Numbered from the whole stretch's first letter, positions 1 to 12,103 are shown. The stretch: DNA of 63,944 nt, filler included, from Octopus bimaculoides (GCF_001194135.2; 5 parts of 4 records of this genome joined end to end with filler, not necessarily neighbours in it), one strand, 5' to 3'. Made by a program: numbers and translations. Notes: generated by a model from the sequence alone, not told the origin.

Positions 1-410
1 TATATATACGTATACACACACACATATATATGTATGCATATATGTGTCGTTGTATGTGAACGGGAGTGCGAATGTATGGGTGTGCATATATATACGCATG
101 TTTGTACGTTTAACTGTCTAAATATATATATATATATGTACTATGACACGTGTATGTAAGTGTGCATACGTGTGTGGATGTGTATGCATCTATGCGTACG
201 TACATACATATATGCTTATGTGTGTGTAGATGTACGTATACATATTTCTGAGAGTGTGTACGTATGCAGACGTTGTGAACGCAGGAGGTTTTATGTCAAT
301 GTATTGTGAGAATATGGTTCCGTGTATTATTTATTCTTTTTCTTTTTCATTTTCACTACTAATAAAGATAATTCCATTTTATTCAACGCCTTTTCATAGC
401 GTCTGTTGCC

Positions 411-476
411 ATTAATAGCCGATGAGAATGTTTCGTAACGCTTCGCTCTGACATTCGAAACTCCGGGTACTATAAT
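411..476 (+). ncRNA. Minimal type I hammerhead-ribozyme-like motif (variant core CCGAUGA)
   Basis: Stem I ATAG(415-418 region)/CTAT(470-473), extendable to about 7 bp with one bulge; core CCGATGA 419-425; stem II GAATGT 426-431/ACATTC 451-456; GAAA 457-460; near-palindromic stem III CTCCGGG; UA cleavage doublet 468-469. Folded by eye. Confidence 0.6.
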
Positions 477-565
477 GACAACCATTTATGATTGTTCTAA
501 ATTATAACATGCATAAATAATCTTCTATTTTACTAATATTGATGTCACATTCTTTTGTTGTCACA

Positions 566-646
<81 letters not shown>

Positions 647-738
647 CCTCCTCCTCCTCATCGTCCTCGTCTTCCTCGTCCTCCTGGTCCTCGTCCTCCT
701 CCCCGTCGTCCTCCTCCTCCTACTCCTCCTCCTCCTCC
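566..738. repeat. (ATT)n microsatellite running into a (CCT)/(CGT) tract
   Basis: Directly visible. Confidence 0.95.
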
Positions 739-916
739 GTATAGACGTTGCGCAGTATACATTATCGCGAGGTTGTCGATTGAAGATATTGTGACTACCG
801 GGGGTTTGTAGTGTTTGTCAAGTCGCAGCAAGGACCTCTGACAGAAAGTAGTTTACGCAATATGCGTGCACTTCCAAGTAATGCCGACTTTTGCAATACA
901 TCTAGATTGCAATTAC
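739..916 (-). mobile_element. 5'-truncated 3' end of an R4/Dong-like RLE LINE
   Basis: Minus strand reads LQKSALLGSARILRKLL, matching the LQKxALLGTAHILRK C-terminal motif seen in the copy at 39752-39976. Triplet repeats lie on both sides. Confidence 0.65.
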
Positions 917-994
<78 letters not shown>

Positions 995-1768
995 CATCAT
1001 CATCATCATATATATACATAGATACATACACATATATATATACATGCGTATATATGTATGTATGTATGTATGTATCTGTATATTTTTGTATATTTGCCTA
1101 CGTATGTATTTTTGTATGCTTGTATCTACCTACATATCTATCTATAGATCTATCTATCTATCTACCTGNNNNNNNNNNNNNNNNNNNNNNNNNNNNNNNN
1201 NNNNNNNNNNNNNNNNNNNNNNNNNNNNNNNNNNNNNNNNNNNNNNNNNNNNNNNNNNNNNNNNNNNNNNNNNNNNNNNNNNNNNNNNNNNNNNNNNNNN
1301 NNNNNNNNNNNNNNNNNNNNNNNNNNNNNNNNNNNNNNNNNNNNNNNNNNNNNNNNNNNNNNNNNNNNNNNNNNNNNNNNNNNNNNNNNNNNNNNNNNNN
1401 NNNNNNNNNNNNNNNNNNNNNNNNNNNNNNNNNNNNNNNNNNNNNNNNNNNNNNNNNNNNNNNNNNNNNNNNNNNNNNNNNNNNNNNNNNNNNNNNNNNN
1501 NNNNNNNNNNNNNNNNNNNNNNNNNNNNNNNNNNNNNNNNNNNNNNNNNNNNNNNNNNNNNNNNNNNNNNNNNNNNNNNNNNNNNNNNNNNNNNNNNNNN
1601 NNNNNNNNNNNNNNNNNNNNNNNNNNNNNNNNNNNNNNNNNNNNNNNNNNNNNNNNNNNNNNNNNNAAGCTCTACTTTGTAATTTGTCCATTTTCTGTAT
1701 TTAGCCCTGTGTGGCTATAATAAAAAGATATCTATCTATCTGTCTATCTATTTATCTGTCTGTTTGTT

Positions 1769-1801
<33 letters not shown>

Positions 1802-1906
1802 GTCTAGCGCGAAGGTCATGGCTAGAACACATTTCCACGTGAAACTTTTCGTTCATGACTGAATAATGGGACCAAACGACACCAGACTTTCGAGCGCCAT
1901 CTGCAT

Positions 1907-1959
<53 letters not shown>

Positions 1960-2650
1960 CTTTTCCTGCAGACAGGGATAATGTTGATGTCGAAAATGAG
2001 AATCAATAACATTCTTCTCGTTATTATGATGATCTTATTAGTGATGATCATGACGATGAAGATGATAATGATGGTGATGATAATGATAAATGACCTGATG
2101 AAGTAACAGGCAGTGACTTCGATGGCTTTTGATCTCAGGTGTTTGGATGTGTTAATGTATACATTTTCTTTTGGTGTCAACGTCGGGGGAAGAGCAAATA
2201 TTCTGCTCAATATAAAAGATTAGCTCGACAGATGTTTGACCGTAACCAGCTAAGCGTGGTTTTAGTGAACGACGATAAGCGCTTCTCTGATTACGAGCAG
2301 AAGTAGCGGAAGATCATCATAGCCATGTGTTGAGAGGGATTCTTTCGGGTGTGAATAACTCATATCAGGAAACATGATGCTTTGTTTATCATTTTTAAGC
2401 AAGCTTAATTCAGGGACCTATTGAACGGGATGGGCTACTTGACCGTAGGAAAATCCTAATTGGGCATCACCTGCAAGGTCATGCGTTGTTTATTTTGATA
2501 TGAGATCACCATATCGCGCACATATGTTTGCGATGCATGTACCTGGTGTACCCTTATCAGACGGGTATATTGTGCTTCGTGTGTTTGTAACCTAGCGTCA
2601 GTTTGATGTCGTCTGCCGCTCTCTCACTCAATAATAGTAAAAAATATTAA

Positions 2651-2832
2651 TGGTTTCAAATTTTTTCATAAGGATAGCCATTTTAGGGAGGGGACTAGTA
2701 GATTACATAACCCCCAGTGTTCAACTGGTTAATTATATTATCGAACCCAAAAGGATGAAAGGCAAAGACCTCGGCAGAATTTGAACTCAGAACGTAGCGA
2801 CGGCGTGCTAACGATTATGTCAGCTCATCGCC
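2651..2832 (-). mobile_element. tRNA-headed SINE family A, internally deleted
   Basis: Reverse complement matches GGCG..AGCTG.CA..ATCGTTAGCACGCCG...GTTCTGAGTTCAAATTC..CCGAGGTC, repeated many times in this window. Confidence 0.85.
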
Positions 2833-3724
2833 TGATAATAGTAATAATAATGATATTAATAACAACGAAAGCAGCTATAACAAGAGCACTCAGAGAGCGC
2901 AAACCTGTGCCTAGACAACACCAACGTCCTCTCAGTGATTAGCTGGAGATGATTTTTAAAATGAGAATATCTGAAATAAACTCAACTGCTCTAAGAAATG
3001 AGAATACTAGAAATGAACCCGGCCGCTCTGAGACGGAAAACTAATCCAGATATATATATATTGAGTGAGAGGTGAAGGGAAAGGAGAGGAAATATTAGTG
3101 CAGTGAAGGAGAAGTAGTGAGAGTAATAGACATGACTGAGATGGAGTAAGGGAAAGTAATGACAATGCGAAAGACGAAACGAAGTCGTACATGGAGCGTC
3201 GTATGAATGAGAAAAAAAGGGGTGATAGATGAATAATGAAGGAAGGAGTGAAAAGCTGATAAACGGCGTTTGAGATGTGAGTGTATGTGTGTGTAAAAGA
3301 GAGGTATGTTTGCGTGCGTGCGTGCGTGCGTGTGTCTGTGTACAATGGAATTGGGATGGTAATGTTCAACGCTAAAGATGTATGAGTATATGTGTGTATG
3401 TGTGTGCGCGAACAAGAGAACTATGTGAAACTTTGCATATACGTGTACAGTAAAATAAATCGGAAACATAATCCAGAGTCCTCGTCCCGTACCAGTTCAA
3501 TCCCAAAATCTAATGAGACCAAACATCGATGAAAGTTTCATCCGTATCCATCACATCAAGATGATGAAGTTCATAAAGGTACGAAAATCTGCGAATCAAA
3601 GATTAGCTATTGATTTTATTGCATGGCGAATTTTTGTGATCAATCGTGTGTTAATACTTTCATTAATACAATTTTACTGAAGCTGGCGTAAACTTTGAGT
3701 ATCACTTTTAAATGTCGCAACAGA

Positions 3725-3833
3725 AAATGCTCAGCAGCAGTTCGCCCATCTTTATGTTCAGAGTTCAAATTTCGCCGAGGTCGACTATTTTCGGGGTCGA
3801 TGAAACATCACAGTCGAGCACTGAGATCGATGC
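3725..3833 (+). mobile_element. SINE A fragment
   Basis: AAATGCTCAGC...GAGTTCAAATTTCGCCGAGGTCGAC...TTCGGGGTCGAT. Confidence 0.7.
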
Positions 3834-4736
3834 TTATATATATATACATATATGTCTAGCAAGCTAGCTATTCTGGGTTCAAATCCTCCGGCTGATTATA
3901 TTCTGAGCTCAAATCTTCCCAGGACAACCTTGCTCTTCATAATTTCGTAGTCGATATTAAAAACGTACCAGTTATGAACTGTGGTCGAAGCAATCGATTT
4001 CCTCCTCACCTCAACAATGTTGGCCTTGTACAACGTTCGAAAAAATAATTATAATTTTACTTCAAAAATTAATGGGAAGGTCATTTCATGTATTAAAGAA
4101 CACAAGCTGTGATTAGAAAGTCTCTTCCATTTTAATGACTTTAATTTAAACAACAAAAATTAAAGGCGAGTGCCGTATTAAATGAGCGCTTCCTTTAATT
4201 TGCAAAATGATCTCCTCCGCGGATATTAAAAATTAATCTACCGTGAAGTTGAAATGATTCGACGACTTGCTATTATTGGTATTATTTTTATTTTGAGATG
4301 TTAATACAAAGACATTGTCTCTTTCATTGGTTTGTGTGACCTGAAAGGTGCTCTCTCATTAGATCGTTCAATATGACTGCAATTGATGTTTATGAATACT
4401 GAAATACACAGTAAGATATCTGATCTCTATTCATAAGTTGTACAAATTTTAGCTATCCCTGTAATCTGTAATCAAAAGCAAATGTGCAAAGCCATATGAA
4501 GTCTAAAGCGTAATACGAAGTGTAACATTCTGTGGACAAAAGAAAAATAATAAAACTGAATTTTATATCTTCTGACCACGAAGAAATAACAAGATATACG
4601 TTTGTTCTTATTCCTTTATATTAACATAGATATCTCATCGACAGCTAAGTTAAACATTTCAGATTATACGCTAATCCGACCAAAGTTTTGCGAGTGGATT
4701 TGGTAGACGAACACTGAAAGAAGCCTGTTGTATATA

Positions 4737-5579
4737 CAGAGTGTTCAAAAAGTCCCTCCGCAGTATGTATTTTATTGCAAAATAAACGTTTAAGAGATGA
4801 TATAAGATTACAAAGTGGAGGCGCGTGGCTTAGTGGTTAGGGTGTCAGCATCATGATCGAAAGATTGTGGTTTCGATTCCAGGACCGGGCGACGCGTTGT
4901 GTTCTTGAGCAAAACACTTCATTTCACGTTGCTCCAGTCCACTCAGTTGGCAAAAATGAGTAACGCTGCTGCGATGGACTAGCTTCCCGTCCAGCTGGGG
5001 AACACATACGCCACTGGAACCGGGAAACCGGCCCATGAGCCTGGCTAGGCTTTAACAGGACGCAAAAAAAAAAGATTACAAAAGAATATATTAGACTTTA
5101 CAAGACTTTAAAAAGCTTTATAAGAGGTGTAGAGAGCGTCATGCTTCATTTTCAATGCATAAGTTCACGCTTCTACACGTTTTGAAACGTATCTTTGAGA
5201 GTCTGACGCGGCACGGACCGTGTGAAAGTTATGATTGCGCCTTTTAGCTCATTAATGGATATCGGGCGATTCTTGTAAATTGAGCCTTTACTTGTTCCCC
5301 AGAAAAAAAAGCCTGGCGGTGTTAAGTGAGGTGATCTCAGTGGCCAAAGTCCCGTCGAAATAATCCGTTCACCGAAAAACTCTTGGAGTAGCCGCTATGG
5401 TGATGCACGAAGTATGTGTGGTAGTTCCACCCTGTTGAAAGTATGCATTATTAATTTCACTTTCAGTGAGTTGGCTTACAGAAGGATAGAAAATATTTTA
5501 GCAATATCTGTCGGTATTGAAGTGGATGAGGGGGGGGTCTTCAAAAAATTGACTGCGGAGAGACTTTCTGAACACCCTG
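4737..5579 (-). mobile_element. Internally deleted Tc1/mariner-superfamily DNA transposon
   Basis: 28-bp TIRs at 4737-4764 and 5552-5579 (3 mismatches); TA on both sides (4735-36, 5580-81). Minus strand encodes decayed YFQQGGTTTHT...GERIISTGLWPLRSPHLTPPGFF.WG...IYKNRP, i.e. the FQQDGA / WPPRSPDLTPxDFFLWG transposase motifs. Confidence 0.9.
4815..5071 (+). mobile_element. tRNA-headed SINE family C, full length with TSD
   Basis: A box TGGCTTAGTGG 4826-4836; B box GTTTCGATTCC 4870-4880; A tail; 11-bp TSD AAGATTACAAA at 4804-4814 and 5072-5082. Confidence 0.9.
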
Positions 5580-6755
5580 TAAATACACGTATATATCTAT
5601 GTGTGACTGTCTGTGTCTATGTTTACCTCCACCCCATCACCGCCTGACAACCGGTGTTGGTGTGTTTACATCCACGTAAATTAGCGGTTCGGCAAAAGAA
5701 AACGATGAAATAACTTATTAGGTTTTAAGAAATAAGTTCTAGGGTCTAATTGTTCGACTAAAAGATACCCTTCAAGGTGGTGCTCCAGAATGGTCACAGT
5801 GGTATGGCTGAAACAAGTAAAAGAAGAACAGAATAAGGCTTTTATATTCTATTTACCGATTTGTCTACCATTGGAGTCATCGGTAACGTTTTCTTTTTAT
5901 CATGGAGCCTCGCATTACTTTGGCTCAAACTATTGATACATAATTCGGATTTTAGGAAGTACACAGAGCACACGTTTGCTTGTATTTCTAGGATAGTTTT
6001 CAATTCGAATCAGAAGAAGCGGTGATAAAGATGGGTGTAAATCGCTGTCATCTCCATCGCGACAGCGCTCTCCTTCATAAAAAATATCGTTTCGTGAAAA
6101 AGAAGACATTAAGCCTGATGCATGATAAAATTTGAAGTCTAATCTGCACAGAAATGTATACGGAAATGAAAAGAAGATCATAAGTATATAATATAATTGA
6201 CATTTATCACTCTTACAGTCTGTACCACTTGTGACTCATGGTTATAAAATAATAATAAAAATGATAAAACATAATTTATAACAACATTAGACCATACATG
6301 AAAGAAAACCTCTTGCGTAAAATAGGTTTGGTACAGTAAAGTGTTACAACACTGCTGGTCCATTTAGAATTTTTTTCCAGCAATTTAAGCGATTTTTTCG
6401 TGATCCCCCTTTGACTCGGCGTCAGATACTGTACATTCTAGTATTGGCTACAGCAAAGATAAAATGAATTAAATTCGGTTTCAGCAAATCTAAGAACGCC
6501 TTTTTCCCCTGTACTCTACCTTACCCAAACTCACGGATTGATGATCTTATTGGTGTTATTCTAATGTTGACCTGCATGTGTTTTCTCTTGATGGCCACAT
6601 CATCTTTGATTACCCTATGAGCGTTATCGCCAATTCATCCATTTTGTCATATGTGTTGCAGTTTTAATCAACAGGTCATTGCCATTTTTGCAAGTAATAT
6701 GTTCATACCGTTGATATCTAATGTTATTCTTTTAGCAATTGTTGTTTTTCTGATC

Positions 6756-6791
<36 letters not shown>

Positions 6792-7153
6792 GGTGGTGGT
6801 TGTGGTGGTTTCTCTTTATAAATCTTCATTACAAGCATTTTATCATATGCGTTATATATTTTATTTTGATGAATGATTTATGCAATCCCTTGATGTATTG
6901 CTTTCGAATGTAACATTATAGTTGTTGTTGTTGGACTTGTCGTCGTTCATTAAGTTTTTTTGTTACCGTTGGTCACTGGCTGACGGTTGTATTTTATATA
7001 TTTTATACTAAGAGTTAATTAACAAGTTGAATACTTTGTACATTATTTGAATTTTATATGATAATAATCATCGTTGAAGCTTCAGCTCCTGTTAATGTTG
7101 TTACTTTTCATTATCATAATAATAATAATAATATTACTACTAATAATAATAAT

Positions 7154-7363
7154 CGTTTCGAATTTTGGCACGCGACCAGCAATTTCGTAGATGGGGAAGT
7201 CAATTACATCGACCCCAGTGCTTAACTGGTACTTATTTTATCGACCTCGAAGGGATGAATGGCAGAGCCGACCCCGGTAGAATTTGAAATTTACGTAAAG
7301 ACGGACAAAAGGCCGCTAAATATTTCGCCCAGCGTACTAACGATTCTGTCAGCTCACCGCCTT
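7154..7363 (-). mobile_element. SINE A
   Basis: Near full-length match to the family motif, with (TAA)n on both flanks. Confidence 0.9.
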
Positions 7364-7380
7364 TAATAATGATATTTCTG

Positions 7381-7460
<80 letters not shown>

Positions 7461-7461
7461 C

Positions 7462-7590
7462 ATCCACTCATGAATTTTTTATTTATTATTTTATTTTTTT
7501 TTAATACATATTTTNNNNNNNNNNCTAGGTGTACGGAAAACACTCGGCGAGAAATGGAAGAAAATTTGAAGAAAGAAGAAAAAAAAAAAA
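7462..7590 (+). mobile_element. R4/Dong-like 3' UTR stub inside (TAA)n
   Basis: CTAGGTGTACGGAAAACACTCGGCGAGAAATGGAAG resembles the reverse complement of 33830-33880 (CTAGGTGTCAGGAAGATACTCAACAAGAAATGGAAAC), which is the 3' UTR of the R4-like copy there. TAA repeats lie on both sides. Confidence 0.55.
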
Positions 7591-7664
7591 ATAATAATAA
7601 TATTAATAATAATAATAATAATAGTAATAATAATAATAGTAATGATAATAATAATAATAATAAT

Positions 7665-7781
7665 CCTTTCTACTATAGGCAAAATATGGCATTTATTTTA
7701 TCTACCTCAAAAGAAAGAAAGGTGAGTCAACTCGGTTGAATTTCAACACAAAACGTACAGACGTGCTAACGATTCTGCCAG
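7665..7781 (-). mobile_element. SINE A, deleted copy
   Basis: Reverse complement shows CTGGCAGAATCGTTAGCACG and the tail GCCTATAGTAGAAAGGATTATT. Confidence 0.7.
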
Positions 7782-7869
7782 AATTCTCTAGCAAAATGGA
7801 GAACAGAATAAGTAGTTAGAAAGGGAACGGATTATATGACCAATTCATGCAATTATCTGAGGGTTTTGA

Positions 7870-8110
7870 AAGTAAAGAACTCTAGTGGTAGCTGATGAAA
7901 GGAAACCTGCAGCTGTAAGCGGATCAGTAATTATAGCGGCTGAATAACATTAGCAGGAATTTGATAAAGAGTGGTAAAAGTCACTCAGGGATTAAAGGTA
8001 GAATCTGTGGTAAGGAAGATGAAAGTATTAACCATCTCTTAAATGAATACAGTAAGCTAGCAACAAAGAACATTCTTGCAGGAATGGATGTTTCGGTGAA
8101 TGAGTGCAAT
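7870..8110 (+). mobile_element. Decayed R4/Dong-like LINE fragment (CCHC region)
   Basis: LMKGNL...VIIAAE...RICGKEDESINHLLNEYSKLA resembles WLxKGxLKxETExLIIAAQ...CRxCGxxxETIxHLLSxCxKLA. Confidence 0.5.
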
Positions 8111-9699
8111 TCTATGATAATCGTATATGTGCCTTATAAGCCGAAAAGTAGTATGAAAGCAAGTCGGAGGGTGTGTTACGGAATAAGAATTACAGAATTT
8201 TATGCGATTTCTCCATAATCTCTGAATATTGAAGCAAGAATATTGAAGCAAGAAGACCAGTTATGATTTCAATGCACTGTTATGTCTCAAGCTACTGCTA
8301 TTTAGCACTTTCGGATGACCTCTACTTAACCGCTACACAACTGCTACTCGACTGCTACTCAACACTCCTACCACGGCCGGACTACCTCTATTTATATGTC
8401 TTGGGACATTATTCTTCTTCGCCTGGGGGCGTCGGCACATCATGCACAAAATACATTTGTTCATTACTTGTTATAATTGATTATTCACAGTAGAAATTGA
8501 AGAAAATGCAAAATATCAGGATCCATTCACACAGGTAAAGAAATTGTAAAAACCGAAGTTGACATTTATTCCTGTCTTAATTGGTGCACTTGACACAACG
8601 TCCAAACTGATTCCTGAATGAGGATTATTGTAATTGATACTCACGCTCTCAAACATGCTGGGAGGTTTCTCTTTGGTTATGCATAGTAGAAACCTTAGTT
8701 AATACACATGCAAGAATTCAGCTTAGTCGAATGACTTCTGCCTAGACAAGTAGACATATTAGGATAAGTAATGAAACAAGTGGACAATAGCTAATTGAGC
8801 TACAACTACCGTAAGTCTCAGAGCATCACTGATCATATCCCCGAAATGTGATGATTGTAGAAAAAACGGTCTTGTGGCAAGGTGCAGAAGCTGCCAATAG
8901 ATAGCATGATCAGAATCCAAGAGTAATTTTGTCTTAGATGCAAATAATATCAAACCTTTGTTTGACAAATGGCTCGAGCGAAATCGAAGCTGTCACAAGT
9001 TCTTAAGGGTATAACATATTTCTGAGAAAGGAGACAATGCAAATGAATTCAAAACATAAGATACATTTCTAATGCATATGAAATAAAGACATATGGCACA
9101 TTGCTTATGCGTATGAAATGAAGACAAAATAAGACACATTCGTGTTTCTATTGCCAATGTGCTGACTAAGAAGAAAAATAATAGTCTCTAGCTTAAAACT
9201 TGTAGATATTTATGAATATCTAATGTGAAATAGCTAGTTTCTTTAGCTTTTAGGATACTTCTATGAAGGTTTGCACCAGACGAAGAAACATACAAGTTAG
9301 ATGTCTTTTTTTTTAAGAAAATATATTATATATAATTGTTTTTTCTTTTCTTTAATGACAAACGGTAGAAATGACAACACTTAGACAAGTAAACACAGAC
9401 GTTTAAACAACACAGAAACCAAAGAACATTTCACAAACATCAAGCAAGAAGGTAAGTTAGAAGAAAGGCAATAAATAATCTGTCGTTCTTGTCTGCCAAA
9501 AAGTAATTCTCAATAGAGATCGACACTTAGAAATAATGTAAGATAATATAAGATATTTACGTCACGAAAACTACCAACGTTTTGCCTGATGACATTATTA
9601 TAGAAAAGAGATAGAAATGACATAGCTCTACTTTTCAAAGTGATAATGGGTTAATTTCCATGTGCCCTAACAGATGAGGTGAGAGTGCTTGATGAAAAC

Positions 9700-10060
9700 A
9701 GAAAGAGGACAACAGAAAAAAAAATGGCAGAGAAGCATTTACAGAATGTGGCGAAATTATTGAAAGTGTTGTCTCCACATGTTCCTAGTATGTGGTGAAT
9801 CCAGAGGCAAGCATCGAATAATATCAAATGTTTACTGTCACTAAATTTCATAGTATAATCGTGTCTGAGATTTTAAGTCTTTTCTTACGCGCTCAGAAAC
9901 TCCAACTGTACAGAGATCGTATCAGGAGGAAAACTTATCAGACAGCCTGGACAAAGTGGATAGAAAGAATTAAAGATAGTGTCGTAAGATCGCCTTACAC
10001 AACCCTTCTGGACGAAAGCTTTGATTTATATGTCGTTTCAATTTGTGCAAAATTTCACAT
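9700..10060 (+). mobile_element. Possible hAT (Buster/Charlie-like) transposase relic
   Basis: AFTECGEIIESV and IERIKDSVVRSPYTTLLDESFD recall PFTxGExIKxC and the LDESTD catalytic motif. Short and decayed. Confidence 0.35.
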
Positions 10061-10300
10061 TTCCACTTGTTTACAATTGGATAGCACCAAGTACACACGC
10101 ACACACTCATACACGCGCGCGCATATGAACGCATTTATATGTATACATACGTAAATACATATTTGTGTGTATATTGCATGATGTCCTTGTTTCTCTCTTC
10201 CTTTTAACAAAGCATGATTGGCTACTATTGTACACATAGTTAACCGTCTTGTCTTCACTGATGTGGTATCATTCAACACTCTGGCAAATAAAGTATTTGC

Positions 10301-10384
10301 TGTTGTTGTTGTTGTTGTTGCTGTTGTTGTTGTTGTTGTTGTTCTTCTTCTTCTTCTTCTTCTTCTTCTTCTACTTCTTCTTCT

Positions 10385-10425
<41 letters not shown>
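10301..10425. repeat. Compound microsatellite (GTT)n-(CTT)n-(ACT)n
   Basis: Directly visible. Confidence 0.95.
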
Positions 10426-10895
10426 ATTCCTGTACAGCCTTTGTGCTTTTAGGATGGAAGGCATTGTCTTTGCCCCGGTAGTGTGGATCGAGTTGGTCAA
10501 TCTCCGCTTGTTTCCATTTCAGAAAGGGGGAACTATAGCTACAGAAACAGCCTAATGGCTGTCGCAAGGTTCCTTGCATCGAATGTTAACTTGAAGAGAA
10601 ATAAATTTGAGGGGCTTCAAATATGCAGCGACGAAATTTCTTTCATTTCCATGAGTAAGATATTGTCTAGCTTCAAGAGCGCAATTCTCTTGTACCCACC
10701 ATCACTCGGCTCATCAATTCGCTCTCCGTTTGGCAGTTTTATTCCTTTAAGGTCCGCTCTTCTTTCCCATTTTATAGTAAATACCGTACATTTTGATATC
10801 CAAATTCCATTCCTATACCATTGCTGCACACTTGTAAGTCTCGACCAGCCTCGCTATTTCAGTTTCTGTTTTTGAGAAAAGTGTTAAATCCTTCA
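10426..10895 (-). mobile_element. R4/Dong-like LINE reverse transcriptase fragment
   Basis: Across frameshifts it reads MKDLTLFSKTETEIARLVE (MDDLKL motif), ISKCTVFTIK, GIKLPNGERIDEPSDGGYK, LKWKQAEIDQLD, AFHPKS. Confidence 0.8.
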
Positions 10896-10904
10896 TGAAG
10901 AGAA

Positions 10905-11040
10905 GGTGAGTGAGGTGGCAGAATAGTTAATATGCCGGACGAAATGCTTAGTAACATTTCGTCCGTCGACTATGCCTTTTATCCTTTCAGAGACAATACG
11001 TTAATTACCAGCCAAGCACGAGGATGCACCCACCCACAAA
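10905..11040 (+). mobile_element. SINE A, deleted and degenerate
   Basis: GTGGCAGAATAGTTAATATGCCGGACGAAATGCTTAG...GTCGACTATGCCTTTTATCC. Confidence 0.6.
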
Positions 11041-11082
11041 ATTACAGTCCTTTTGCATATAGCAGAAACTATATTTATTATC

Positions 11083-11318
11083 TATTTCTTTATTGCCCAC
11101 AGGGGGGCTAAACATAGAGAGGACAAACAAGGACAGAGAAAGGGATTAAGTCGATTACATCAACCCCAGTGCGTAACTGGGTACTTATTTAATCGACCCC
11201 GAAACGATGAAAGGCAAAGTCGACCTCGGCGGAATTTGAACTTAGAACGTAACAGCAGACTAAACACCGCTAATCATTTCGCCCGGCGTGCTAACGTTTC
11301 TGCCAGTTCGCCGCCTTC
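11083..11318 (-). mobile_element. SINE A variant with an alternative 3' tail
   Basis: Family A head and body, but the tail reads TCCTTGTTTGTCCTCTCTATGTTTAGCCCCCCTGTGGGCAATAAAGAAATAG instead of CCTTGTGCCT..AGTAGAAAGG. Confidence 0.85.
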
Positions 11319-11349
11319 ATATTTATTATTATCTTCACAATCACTATTA

Positions 11350-11493
11350 AGTGGCGAGCTGACTGATACTTCAGTGTGTTGTACAACATTCTTAGTCGCT
11401 TCTATTCCCCGATTCTTTACGTTCTGAGTTCAAATTTAACCGAAGTCGACTTTGTCTTTCATCCATTCGAGGTTGATAAAATATGACACCAGC
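11350..11493 (+). mobile_element. SINE A, degenerate
   Basis: GGCGAGCTG...GTTCTGAGTTCAAATTTAACCGAAGTCGACTTTG. Confidence 0.7.
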
Positions 11494-12071
11494 CACACAA
11501 TGATATCAATAACCTGTGTTACCGCCTACCCCTGAAACTGCTAGTCTTCAAAGAATTATTATTATTATTATTATTATTATTATCATTATTATTATTATTA
11601 TTATTATCATTATTATTATTATTATTATCATTATTATTATTATTATTATTGTATTAGTATTGTTATTGCAACAGTGCTCTTCGTTATTACCGTTGCAGTG
11701 TCATTTGCTGTTTGAAAACAATAATTTTAAAGAATGAAAGGTTTTTATTTATTGTGTCCCTTGTAATTTGTGTGTATTTTCCACTGCAAAATCTATTTCT
11801 TCTTCTATGATGTCACCTATATATTTCTTATAGCAGTTTCGTGTCCCTATCCCTTTCCAGTATGACACATACATATATTGACGACAGGAAATCGCACTAA
11901 TTAAACATTACTGCTAGTTTTAGAAGCAATTTATTGCCGTTAGGCAAGCATTTAAGTTATAATTAAACACACTTGCAAGAACAGAGACGTGCACGTATAT
12001 AGACTGGAGCTATAGATATATGTGTGTATACACACATGTGCAGCCGCGCACACACACATATGAAGGGAGAA

Positions 12072-12103
<32 letters not shown>

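Larger units (their letters stand above)
4672..5830 (+). mobile_element. SINE family B split by a mariner insertion (pieces 4672-4736 and 5580-5830)
   Basis: The left piece CCGACCAAAG..GTGGATTTGGTAGACG..CTGAAAGAAGCC and the right piece GACAACCGGTGTTGGTGTGTTTAC...GGTGCTCCAG..TGG...GAAACAAGTAAAAG are consecutive parts of the intact copy at 18089-18531. Confidence 0.8.

Noticed and set aside
2880-3560. Possible Helentron-like pieces (AACAAGAGCACTCAGAGAGCGCAAACC; AAAGTTTCATCCG)
   Set aside because: Recall-level resemblance only; too degenerate to bound.
4815-4890. tRNA gene (also the heads of SINE A and B)
   Set aside because: A and B boxes are present, but there is no full cloverleaf and they are followed by a SINE body, tail and TSD.
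7893-7920. CTGATGA...CAGCTGTA resembling the hammerhead family
   Set aside because: No GAAA in register and no stem I; it lies in R4-like coding sequence (LMKGNLQL).
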